Source: an uncultured archaeon
GTDB taxonomy: Archaea; Thermoproteota; Bathyarchaeia; Bathyarchaeales; Bathycorpusculaceae
Assembly: GCA_963810275.1 (NCBI GenBank)
Contig: CAWENF010000023.1
Location: 1 to 10,581, forward strand
Length of the DNA stretch: 10,581 nt
Direction of reading: 5' to 3'
In this document: positions 1 to 7,964 of the stretch, one piece after another
How positions within the stretch are numbered: the stretch's first letter is position 1
Layout of the letters: every line of letters begins with the position of its first letter
The notes under the pieces: model-generated
Seen by the model: the letters and a program-made list of their open reading frames with translations, nothing else
Databases searched by the model: none
What the model was told of the DNA's origin: nothing
Program-made: the position numbers and the translations under genes

Positions 1-80
1 GTTGCCAAGTAGATGTTGGCAGCTAAAGAAGCTACTAAAACAGCGGGTAGTATTATTGTTATTATTTTGGTTTTGCCCAT
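1..80 (-). CDS. 5' end of a secreted or membrane-anchored protein (truncated by window edge; not in ORF track)
   Basis: Reverse complement from ATG at 80-78 reads MGKTKIITIILPAVLVASLAANIYLA..., a basic N-terminus followed by a hydrophobic helix, open to the window edge. In-frame GTGs at 95 and 104 are alternative starts; in-frame TAA at 110-108. TATA-like element upstream at 121-128. Confidence 0.75.
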   Translation of the reverse strand, partial: MGKTKIITIILPAVLVASLAANIYLA

Positions 81-120
81 GTTTGATTCTTCCACTAAAG
101 ACACGAGTTAACGATAGATC

Positions 121-135
121 ATTATAAGATTTTCT
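121..135 (-). promoter_or_regulatory. Putative BRE/TATA for the truncated minus-strand gene
   Basis: Minus strand reads AGAAAAT-CTTATAAT, 26 nt upstream of the GTG at 95 and about 40 nt upstream of the ATG at 80. Confidence 0.5.
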
Positions 136-399
136 TGATACCAGGAACTTGGCGGATTTAGGACATTTGTTACCGGAATTTCTGTTTGTGTAAACTTTTC
201 TATAAGGTTTAGATGAAGAGAACGGACGCTTTAATCTTCATTTTCTCAGAGTTGGTTGGCGGTTATATTTTCTTTCTGGGTTATTTGGTTGGTGGGCGGT
301 TGAGGTTGAAGTAGTTTTTACACACAAGAAAAATGGCATTAGGCTTACAATTTTTTATAGATGGATTAGTTGTGAAATTCAGTTAGCCCATTTTGATTG

Positions 400-414
400 T
401 AAAAGGCTTAAATA
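400..414 (+). promoter_or_regulatory. Putative BRE/TATA promoter of cysS
   Basis: TAAAAGG-CTTAAATA ending 38 nt before the GTG start at 452. The same AAAGGCTTAWA core occurs upstream of the propeller gene (minus strand, 8057-8067). Confidence 0.6.
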
Positions 415-451
415 ATTTCACTCGCTCTCAAACCTTATCTGAGCTGAGATT

Positions 452-1873
452 GTGACCTCCAATCAACCCATCGTGCTTTTCAACACCCTGACAAGGAAAA
501 AGGAGCCATTTCATCCAATCGTAGAGGGTACAGTCAAACTCTATACCTGCGGACCAACCGTGTATGACTATGCGCACATTGGCAACTTCCGCGCTTTCAT
601 CTTTGAAGATTTGTTTAAACGCTGGCTCATATACCGTGGCTACAAGGTCACTCACATCATGAACTTAACCGACATAGACGACAAAACCATTAGAGGCAGC
701 CAAAAACAAGGCATCCCGTTACGAAAATTTACAGAATTTTATGTCAAAGCGTTCTTTGAAGACATAAAGGCGCTAAACATCTTGCCTGCAGATGTGTACC
801 CTAAAGCCACTGACCACATCCCGGAAATGATAGAATTAATCAAGACCTTGATGGCTAAAGGCGTCGCGTACAGCGGCGAGGACGGCTCCATATATTTCTC
901 AGTAGCTAAGTTCCCAGATTACGGCAAACTCAGTCATCTAAAAGTTTGCGAACTCAAAGCAGGAGCACGGGTCTGCCAAGACGAATACGCCAAAGAAGAA
1001 GCACAAGACTTCGCACTTTGGAAGGCTTGGACTCCCGAGGACGGCGAGGTGTTTTGGGAGACAGAACTGGGAAAAGGTAGACCGGGCTGGCACATCGAAT
1101 GCTCCGCCATGAGCACCAAGTACCTAGGTGAAACCTTTGACATCCACTGCGGCGGCGTAGACAACATGTTTCCTCATCATGAAAACGAAATCGCCCAATC
1201 CGAAGCAGCCAGCGGCAAGCAGTTTGTCAACTACTGGATGCATAACGAACACTTGCAAGTCGAAGGCAAAAAAATGAGCAAACGTTTCGGCAACTTTTAC
1301 ACGCTCCGCGACTTGCTAACTAAGGGCTATGACCCAATCGCTATCCGTTACCTACTGATGAGTACGCATTATCGGCAGCAATTCAACTTCACCTTTGAAG
1401 GTTTAGAATCAGCGAAAGCAGCATTGGAACGATTGCGGAACTTTGTGCGACGATTACATGAGGTTGAAGGCACAACAGCCACAGGAAAAGTCGAAGTTTT
1501 AACCGACAAACTGGAGGCGTGCTTCGGCGGCAGCATGGACAACGACCTAAATGTCGCAGTAGCCTTAGCCTCGCTCTTCGATTTCGTCAGAGAAATGAAT
1601 GCACTGCTAGATGCCAACTTGGTCAGCAAACAAGAAGCAGCCGACGTAGGCGGCTTAATGATGCGCCTGGACACCGTTTTAGGCGTGATTGGTAAAGTCG
1701 AAGTAGAAGAAGCCCTGCCTGAAGACATCGATGCTTTGGTGCAAAAACGGGAAACTGCACGCAAAGCCAAAAACTGGAAAGAAGCCGACGAAATCCGTAC
1801 ACAACTCAAAGCAATGGGCATTGTACTTGAAGACACCGCACAGGGCATAAGGTGGCATAAAGAGACTGCTTAA
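452..1873 (+). CDS. cysS: Cysteine--tRNA ligase (class I CysRS)
   Basis: 473 aa, GTG start. Motifs [15 protein letters not shown] (HIGH-type), [47 protein letters not shown] (Zn ligands), KMSKR (KMSKS-type) and a C-terminal [12 protein letters not shown] anticodon domain. Confidence 0.98.
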   Translation: MTSNQPIVLFNTLTRKKEPFHPIVEGTVKLYTCGPTVYDYAHIGNFRAFIFEDLFKRWLIYRGYKVTHIMNLTDIDDKTIRGSQKQGIPLRKFTEFYVKAFFEDIKALNILPADVYPKATDHIPEMIELIKTLMAKGVAYSGEDGSIYFSVAKFPDYGKLSHLKVCELKAGARVCQDEYAKEEAQDFALWKAWTPEDGEVFWETELGKGRPGWHIECSAMSTKYLGETFDIHCGGVDNMFPHHENEIAQSEAASGKQFVNYWMHNEHLQVEGKKMSKRFGNFYTLRDLLTKGYDPIAIRYLLMSTHYRQQFNFTFEGLESAKAALERLRNFVRRLHEVEGTTATGKVEVLTDKLEACFGGSMDNDLNVAVALASLFDFVREMNALLDANLVSKQEAADVGGLMMRLDTVLGVIGKVEVEEALPEDIDALVQKRETARKAKNWKEADEIRTQLKAMGIVLEDTAQGIRWHKETA

Positions 1874-2655
1874 GCAATTTTCCCGTTTAGGTTCCAGTCT
1901 TCCTTTAAATATTTTTCGTTACACAATTTTTGTGCTATGGCTTTCTCTTTTTGTGTGAGTTCGCTTTCGAGTAGTTGGATTTTTAGGATTGCTTTGAAGC
2001 CTTGTGCAAGGGCGTTGGCGACTGTTTGGGGGCTGATTTTGTGTCCGAGTTCGGTTTGGATGCTGGTTATTTTGCGTTGCCCTATTGCTGTGGCTTCGAT
2101 GCAGGAGACGCCCTTGAGTTGGAGCAACTGGAACATGCGGGGCAAATCCAGGTTGATAAGAACTGTGCCATGCTGCAACACGATACCTCGGCTGATGGTT
2201 TGGCTGCTACCGCTGATTTTTTTACCCACCACAGTTAGGTTTGGGCAGTTCTTGGCATCGCCAGTGCTGAAGTCTGCGGGAACTCCGAGGAGGCGCAAGG
2301 CGTCGGTTATGGCGCCGTAGATTTTCGTGTAAATGGTGGTTACATCCGCCGAGCCTAAATCGGAGACTTTAGCAACGACACTGTAGGTGACTTCACCCTC
2401 AAAATCATGGTAGACTGCTCCGCCACCGCTGATACGCCGAACAACATCCACCCCAAACTTTTTGGAATTATCGAGATAGACGTCGTTTTGTGGGTTCTGA
2501 TTCCTTCCTAGGCTCACAGCGGAGGGTTTCCAGCAATAAAACCGCAGTGTATTTGGTACTTCCCCGTTGATGCGGGCTTGGAGTATGGCTTCGTCGATTG
2601 CCATATTCATGGCTGCACTGCTAGTTGATAAAGGGAGATAACGCCAGATGTTCAT
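1870..2655 (-). CDS. lplA: Lipoate-protein ligase A / octanoyltransferase family protein (BPL/LplA/LipB catalytic domain only)
   Basis: 261 aa. Motifs NMAIDEAIL, TLRFYCWKPSAVSLG, VVRRISGGGAVYHD, KKISGSSQ (catalytic Lys) and LQHGTVL. No C-terminal LplA accessory domain, so LplA-N versus LipM cannot be decided by eye. Confidence 0.88.
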   Translation of the reverse strand: MNIWRYLPLSTSSAAMNMAIDEAILQARINGEVPNTLRFYCWKPSAVSLGRNQNPQNDVYLDNSKKFGVDVVRRISGGGAVYHDFEGEVTYSVVAKVSDLGSADVTTIYTKIYGAITDALRLLGVPADFSTGDAKNCPNLTVVGKKISGSSQTISRGIVLQHGTVLINLDLPRMFQLLQLKGVSCIEATAIGQRKITSIQTELGHKISPQTVANALAQGFKAILKIQLLESELTQKEKAIAQKLCNEKYLKEDWNLNGKIA

Positions 2656-3176
2656 AAACTGTCACTTTTCGTCTTCTTGTTGTTTTTATGTTGCCTCTCG
2701 GCTTCGCGGCGGATGGCGTCTATGTTTCCGTCAACCATTGATAGCCACTGCTTGTTCTGCTCTGTATTTAGGCCGTGTTTAACAAAGATTTCTTTTGCTC
2801 GCAGAAGCGCCTCTAGAGCTGCGTCGAAGCAGCGTAGAGTAGCAAGTGAGATTCCTTGATTCGCCAGGGCCATGAGCCATCTGCCTACGTCGGCGGGATA
2901 CTGGTCGCCACATTGGTCATAAAACGCTAAAGCTTTGTTGGCGGCGGCAAAGCACTCCATATGCTGGCCCAGTTTACCATGAGCGGCGGACAAGCCCGAG
3001 TAGCAGTAAGCAGCAAAGCGTCTGCGATCAAATGACGAGTCGGAGGGAAGCGTGGCGCTTATTCGCAGCGCCTTGTTGAAGCACTCCACAGCGTCCGTGT
3101 AGTTGCCTTCCAGGATGAGGCGCTCTGCATTTCGGCTGGCTTGCTGAATGTCGCGGATTACGTGAGCCGTCTTCAT
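2652..3176 (-). CDS. TPR-like helical repeat protein resembling DUF3856
   Basis: 174 aa. TPR-like segments GNYTDAVECFNKALRI, YSGLSAAHGKLGQHMECFAAANKALAF and LANQGISLATLRCFDAALEALLRAKEI. The LPSDSSFDRRRFAAYCYSGL stretch and the GRWLMA Trp resemble my recollection of Chlorobium DUF3856 proteins. The stop overlaps the lplA start (ATGA, 2655-2652). Confidence 0.75.
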   Translation of the reverse strand: MKTAHVIRDIQQASRNAERLILEGNYTDAVECFNKALRISATLPSDSSFDRRRFAAYCYSGLSAAHGKLGQHMECFAAANKALAFYDQCGDQYPADVGRWLMALANQGISLATLRCFDAALEALLRAKEIFVKHGLNTEQNKQWLSMVDGNIDAIRREAERQHKNNKKTKSDSL

Positions 3177-3185
3177 TAGTTACCC

Positions 3186-3260
3186 TGCATGTTTAGGTAT
3201 ACATCCGTTTAATCAAGGTTTTTTAACCTTGAGAGATAATCCTTAAAACCTAAACCTGCA
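3186..3260. promoter_or_regulatory. Symmetric divergent promoter/operator between the TPR-lplA and prs-trm11 units
   Basis: Perfect inverted repeat TCAAGGTT-TTTT-AACCTTGA (3213-3232) nested inside a 12/13 inverted repeat TGCATGTTTAGGT (3186-3198) / ACCTAAACCTGCA (3248-3260). Both are centred at about 3223. Confidence 0.65.
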
Positions 3261-3286
3261 TTCCTTAGCAAACAAGAGGAATAATA

Positions 3287-4171
3287 GTGAAAATTATTAG
3301 CGGTCCAGCGTCCAAAGGCCTTGCTGGGGCAGTATCTGCCCAAACAGGCATTCCAAATGTCCCAGTTATCAGCAAAATCTTCCCCGACGGCGAATCCTAT
3401 GTGAGAATCGACGGAGACATCGCAGGCGAAGAAGTCGCCATCCTCCAAACCACTTGCCCCCCGATGCAGGACGGCAAACTATTTCAACTAGCTTTTCTTG
3501 CTGATTCGGCAAAGCGTGCATGCGCCTCCAAAGTCATCGCAGTCGTTCCTTACCTCGCCTACGCCCGCCAAGACAAAATGTTCCTGTCTGGCGAAGGCAT
3601 AAGCATCGAAACCATCTCGCGCATGCTCAAAGCCGCCGGTGTAGATCAACTCCTAACGGTAAACATCCACTCTGAACACTCGCTTGCTCAATTTCCCATC
3701 CCAGCCCGCACGGCCAGCGCTATCCCGCTAATCGCAGACTATTTCGTTCAAAAAGGTTACAAAGGAGCTTATGCACTTTCCCCCGACAAAGGCGCAATGT
3801 ACATCGCCCAGCAGGCTCAACAGGTATTGGGCGGAGACGCAGGGCACCTAAACAAAACCCGCGACCGCTACACGGGGCAAACAGTACAGACCGCCGATGG
3901 CTTAAACGTTAATGGGCAAACTGTGATTATTCTTGACGACATTATCAGCACAGGCGGAACAATAGTCGGAGCAGCCAAAATCTTACGCGAAAAAGGTGCA
4001 GCACATGTTTTTTGCGGTTGCGTCCATGGCTTACTTATAGGCGACGCCGAGAAACGAATTCTGGACACGGGAGTGGAGGAAATCGTGGGCACCGACAGCG
4101 TCCCCGGGGCAGTGAGCAAGGTGTCGCTGGCTCCGCTTATCAGCAAAGAACTCCTTAAAGGCGCAAATTAG
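3287..4171 (+). CDS. prs: Ribose-phosphate diphosphokinase (PRPP synthetase)
   Basis: 294 aa, GTG start after a GAGGA SD-like sequence. Motifs FPDGESYVRI, VPYLAYARQDK, VNIHS, SPDKGA and the PRPP-binding loop VIILDDIISTGGT, plus VHGL. Confidence 0.97.
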   Translation: MKIISGPASKGLAGAVSAQTGIPNVPVISKIFPDGESYVRIDGDIAGEEVAILQTTCPPMQDGKLFQLAFLADSAKRACASKVIAVVPYLAYARQDKMFLSGEGISIETISRMLKAAGVDQLLTVNIHSEHSLAQFPIPARTASAIPLIADYFVQKGYKGAYALSPDKGAMYIAQQAQQVLGGDAGHLNKTRDRYTGQTVQTADGLNVNGQTVIILDDIISTGGTIVGAAKILREKGAAHVFCGCVHGLLIGDAEKRILDTGVEEIVGTDSVPGAVSKVSLAPLISKELLKGAN

Positions 4172-5250
4172 TGCCAAAACTCTTCTTTTTGTTGTCAGGC
4201 GAGAACAAGACCCTGCCTTCCGCCGAAATAAAAGCGATTTTGGAGGCGGAAGGCTTCTCATACGATAACCCAAAAGAGTTTGATCAGATTCTGCGTCTCG
4301 AAGCGGAGAATGTGGAGTGCGTTAAGGCTGTGCAGCTGCGCTCGGCTTATACAAGAGTCTGTGCGGAAGAACTTTTTGTTGCTAATGCCAACTATGATGA
4401 AATTCTGGAAGCTGCCTCAAAAGTGGACTTTTCGTCGGTACTCAAAGAAGGCGAGTCCTTCGTGGTGCGCATAGACCGCATCAAAAACTACGCAGACACC
4501 AAAATCAACACTATGACCTTAGAAGTCAAGCTTGGCGGACAAATCCTGCGGCAAACTCCCGGCGCTAAAGTCAACCTTAAGAACCCCGACAGAACCTTCC
4601 TTGGAGTAATCACGGATAACAAACTTATTTTAGGCTTAAAACTCACCGAAATCACCTCAAAAACCTTCAGCGAACGCCGTCCACGCAAAAAACCCTTCTT
4701 TCACCCCTCCGCTATGCCCTCAAAAATGGCGCGGTGCATGGTGAACTTGGCGCATGCCAACGCTGAGTCAATTCTGCTGGACCCCTTCTGCGGAACAGGC
4801 ACAAGCCTAATCGAAGCCACGTTTATTGGTTGCAGAGCAGTGGGTGTGGATGCGCAGTTGCGGATGGTTTTGGGCACAAAGAGGAACTTGGGGTTTTTTG
4901 GCATCAAAGCCGAAGGCTTAATTCACGGTGATTCACGGAAAATTCCAATCACCAAAGTGGATGCAATCGTCACCGACCCGCCGTATGGGCGTAGTAGCAG
5001 CACCCTCAAATCCACAACCAAGCAGCTGGTTAAGGAGGTTTTAGCGGCTTCTTCAGCGATTTTAGGTGTTGGTCGTCGGATTTGCATCGCCATGCCTATT
5101 AGCCCTGATACCTCGGGAAAGGTGGCGCGGATGGCTGAGGAAATCTCTGTTTTTGTCGAAGGGTTAGGTTTTGAATGCCTCCAAAGCCACACAGTCTACA
5201 TACACAGCACGTTGACTAGAGAAATTGTGGTTTACAAAAAAACTCAATAG
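4171..5250 (+). CDS. trm11: tRNA (guanine-N2, G10) methyltransferase, archaeal Trm11/TrmG10 type (THUMP + Rossmann MTase)
   Basis: 359 aa. N-terminal FLLSGE, THUMP region SFVVRI...KVNLKNPD, RRPRKKPFFHPSAM, motif I LLDPFCGTGT, amino-MTase motif IV IVTDPPYG and C-terminal HSTLTREI. The GTG start overlaps the prs TAG by 1 nt. Confidence 0.88.
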   Translation: MPKLFFLLSGENKTLPSAEIKAILEAEGFSYDNPKEFDQILRLEAENVECVKAVQLRSAYTRVCAEELFVANANYDEILEAASKVDFSSVLKEGESFVVRIDRIKNYADTKINTMTLEVKLGGQILRQTPGAKVNLKNPDRTFLGVITDNKLILGLKLTEITSKTFSERRPRKKPFFHPSAMPSKMARCMVNLAHANAESILLDPFCGTGTSLIEATFIGCRAVGVDAQLRMVLGTKRNLGFFGIKAEGLIHGDSRKIPITKVDAIVTDPPYGRSSSTLKSTTKQLVKEVLAASSAILGVGRRICIAMPISPDTSGKVARMAEEISVFVEGLGFECLQSHTVYIHSTLTREIVVYKKTQ

Positions 5251-5367
5251 CTTGGCGATTTCTGGGTTTGCCGAGGTCTCTAAAGATTTAAGGAGAAAAA
5301 GGGTCGCAACCATAGTTAGACAACGGTAATTACCCTGAGACCTTTTCAGCCCCAAATCTCGCCAATG
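5250..5367. other. Self-complementary ~118-bp element (candidate MITE-like insertion or structured RNA)
   Basis: Nested complementary pairs TTGGCGA/TCGCCAA (5252-5258/5359-5365), TGGGTTTG/CAGCCCCA (5263-5270/5347-5354, imperfect), AGGTCTC/GAGACCT (5274-5280/5337-5343) and AGGGT/ACCCT (5300-5304/5332-5336). Flanked by CAATA at 5245-5249 and 5368-5372. Confidence 0.55.
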
Positions 5368-5373
5368 CAATAC

Positions 5374-5393
5374 TAAAAAAGGAAGGGAAATTT
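5374..5393 (-). terminator. Putative archaeal pyrimidine-rich/oligo-T terminator of the propeller gene
   Basis: Minus strand about 20-40 nt after the TAA reads AAATTTCCCTTCCTTTTTTA. Confidence 0.6.
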
Positions 5394-5411
5394 GTTTTGG
5401 TTTTAGGTTTT

Positions 5412-7964
5412 TTATGGTCTTCTTAACAGCAAGATTGTCGCTGCAAAACCTACAATGACGAGTATGATTAAGCCGACTATTGCAGGCAGGAAGTACTGAT
5501 CTGCTACGCCTTCTGCTGGTGTTGGTTCTGGAGCCATTGTTGCGTGTGCTTCTTCAGCGACAAATGTTGTTGATGCAGATGAGCCATAGTATGCTGCGGA
5601 TCCTTCAAAGGTTACATACACTTGGTATGTGCCTGAAATGTCCGGAGTCCATGCTAAGCTGTAGTGGCCGGTTGAATCGCTTGTTGTTGTTCCGATAGTT
5701 CTATAGTTTCCGTTTGCATCGATTACGCTGACTGTCACTGGTACACCGGTTGCGCTAGTTGGATATTCAAATTGTTTCCAAACGTAGAGCATCCAGTTGC
5801 TCATGCTTTCGTCAGAGACTGCGGGGACACCATTGGGGAAGCGTGCGGTTATTGCGTAGTCAGAGAGGCCTGGTGAAATGTCGTTGACACTGCCTTGTAT
5901 GATCATTTGACTGCCGTCTGCAATTGATGTTGTTGGTTGAACAACTGTGGTTTGTGATGGGCCTTTGCCTATACCGTAGACGCGTTGGTCATATGTATCC
6001 ATAGTTGCAATTATGCTGTCACCGATAACTCCGTTACCACCCCAACGAGTGTCACGGAACATACCGTTGACTCTCCAGATTTCTGTGCCGTCGGATGCGT
6101 TGATGCAGATTTGTGGTGCGCCTCTTGGTAGAGGTTGTTCAGCTGAGTGCTCTACGGTGCCGACATAGACTTTTTCGTCAGCAATTAGAGTAATCCAGCC
6201 CCACCAGTTCTGACCTGTAACGGGTTCGTTGTATGCATCGTCCATTACGTATTCCCATGCGGTCTCGCCTGTAGCTTGATCATAGGCATAGACTATGCCG
6301 CCTAGACCGACTGAGAAGAGTTTGCCGTATGCGAAGTACCATGTGTGCTCTGCGTTACCCCAACCATAAGCGTCAGAGTAGAATTCAGAGTGAGTTGTCC
6401 ACAGATAGTTTCCATTTTCTTGACTAAAGCCGTAGTGTTGTTGTAGTTCTTTGTCCCAAACTGCAATTACGCCGCCTTCGAGTTCGTTGGATGCACCAGT
6501 GTAGTGGATTGTGTTTGCACCAGTTTCCCATTCATCGGGGGCGTTCCATGTTTTGTCGAATATTGTAGAGATTGACTGTGTGTTTTCGACGCTGTTAGTG
6601 AATTCTATTGTGTCTAGCGGAAGTGCCCATGTGCGAACAATTGATTGGTTGTACCATATAGCGACAAGTCTCTCGTCGTTGTGGACCTTTATCGTAGGAG
6701 TACCAAATGAAGCCTGAGCCTGCAATCCTGAGGGGATTGTGACGTTCCATGAGTAGGCTCTTGATACTGATGCATCAAGTACGCGTCCGTGTGCAGAGTT
6801 GCCCCAGCTGCCATATCCTGGAGCGGCCTTATCCTGTAGTTGTAGACCGCAGTCAGTTGAGTTCCATAGTGCCATCCAGCCGTGTGCATAGTCAATTTGG
6901 TAGATTAGAATTTCGCCGCTTGGACCAAAGGTTCGATAACCTGAAGGTACGTTGATGAATTGCATTTGTTGGTTACCTGTGAATGGGTCATATGCAGTCC
7001 AAGTACCAGAGCGGTCTGTGGACCAGATGTAGGAGAATGCGCCGTCGTAGTTGTAGCTGTTGAAGTATAGTATTTGACCGAATGAGAGTACTGTGTTATT
7101 CTTGTATAGCCATTCTTCGCCAGTGTGCATGTTAACTGCGATGATTGCTGGTGCTTGCTCGCTTCTAGTGTCTGTTCTTTGGTAGTAGAGGATGCCGTTT
7201 AGTACGACTGAGCCTGGGAATTTGCCTTCATATGCGTCACCTGCTTCTGCGCTAACTGGAATATTGTCGCCATATGCACCGCCCATTAGTCCGCCTGTTG
7301 TAAGTTCATTTGCCCAAAGGACGTGAGCTGTTTCAGGAGCATCCATGTTGTAGTATGCTAACGAGTTGGCTGGTCTTTCTACCCAGTTGCCGGATATAGA
7401 GAACCATTCTCTAAGTTGTGGGTCAATTGGGCGACTCCAGTACTCGGAAGGTAGAGCGTGACCAGGATAATCCGGTAAAGGATCTTGCTGAACAACTAGC
7501 TCTATTACTTCACTGTCAGCTGCAAGCATGACATCGCCTTCATTTATTCTGTTGCCGCTTTCAGCGTCATTCCAGCTGGAGGTAGCGTTTTGCTGTGGGA
7601 AGTGAGATTGTAGCAAGTATGTTCCTACTTGGTCTGGAACATAGCGGACAAATGAGACACCGGTTGAGTCTGTTCTGATTGGACCTAGCGTTTCTGTGTG
7701 GTTGTCTGGATGTGTGACTGTAACGGTGACACCTTCCCAACCTAAGAGCACACTGCCCAAAGGTCGTAGGATACCGGCTCTGATTAGCACGTCTTGGCCG
7801 ACACCCACAGGGTCTGGGATTGCGTCGATCACTGCATAGTTTTTGTATTCTCTTGCGCTAGCGTTTGGTATTGATTGCAATGCTGCGAATGTTCCTACTA
7901 CTAAAGCTAATAGAAGTAGGATTGCAAAAGATTTGTGCTGTATTTTTTTATTAAGAATATTCAT
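5412..7964 (-). CDS. Large secreted, C-terminally membrane-anchored PQQ-like beta-propeller repeat protein (cell-surface protein)
   Basis: 850 aa. Signal peptide (KKIQHKSFAILLLLALVVGTFAAL...ASA), Ig-like N-terminal region, propeller repeats AVNMHTGEEW, AYDPFTGNQ, GFSQENGNYLW, YAYDQATGETAWEY and INASDGTEIWRV, Ig-like C-terminal region (TGVPVTVSVIDANG...YSLAWTPD), Pro/Thr linker, TM helix and RRP tail. Several N-x-S/T sequons. AAGGAG SD-like sequence upstream. Confidence 0.88.
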   Translation of the reverse strand: MNILNKKIQHKSFAILLLLALVVGTFAALQSIPNASAREYKNYAVIDAIPDPVGVGQDVLIRAGILRPLGSVLLGWEGVTVTVTHPDNHTETLGPIRTDSTGVSFVRYVPDQVGTYLLQSHFPQQNATSSWNDAESGNRINEGDVMLAADSEVIELVVQQDPLPDYPGHALPSEYWSRPIDPQLREWFSISGNWVERPANSLAYYNMDAPETAHVLWANELTTGGLMGGAYGDNIPVSAEAGDAYEGKFPGSVVLNGILYYQRTDTRSEQAPAIIAVNMHTGEEWLYKNNTVLSFGQILYFNSYNYDGAFSYIWSTDRSGTWTAYDPFTGNQQMQFINVPSGYRTFGPSGEILIYQIDYAHGWMALWNSTDCGLQLQDKAAPGYGSWGNSAHGRVLDASVSRAYSWNVTIPSGLQAQASFGTPTIKVHNDERLVAIWYNQSIVRTWALPLDTIEFTNSVENTQSISTIFDKTWNAPDEWETGANTIHYTGASNELEGGVIAVWDKELQQHYGFSQENGNYLWTTHSEFYSDAYGWGNAEHTWYFAYGKLFSVGLGGIVYAYDQATGETAWEYVMDDAYNEPVTGQNWWGWITLIADEKVYVGTVEHSAEQPLPRGAPQICINASDGTEIWRVNGMFRDTRWGGNGVIGDSIIATMDTYDQRVYGIGKGPSQTTVVQPTTSIADGSQMIIQGSVNDISPGLSDYAITARFPNGVPAVSDESMSNWMLYVWKQFEYPTSATGVPVTVSVIDANGNYRTIGTTTSDSTGHYSLAWTPDISGTYQVYVTFEGSAAYYGSSASTTFVAEEAHATMAPEPTPAEGVADQYFLPAIVGLIILVIVGFAATILLLRRP

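Noticed and set aside
211-302. ATGAAGA/TCTTCAT inverted repeat (213-241) and GGTTGG..GCGGTT near-repeats (253-301)
   Set aside because: Short and in low-complexity T/G-rich DNA. G-runs are mostly doublets, so neither a hairpin nor a G-quadruplex is well supported.
1271-1285. KMSKR instead of KMSKS in CysRS
   Set aside because: The catalytic second Lys and all other motifs are intact; the fifth position varies among class I synthetases.
5250-5367. Hammerhead ribozyme, SECIS, H/ACA or C/D guide, or tRNA identity for the fold-back element
   Set aside because: No CUGANGA/GAAA core in the right places, no in-frame UGA-interrupted gene nearby, no clear K-turn or C/D boxes, and no cloverleaf or TTCGA loop.
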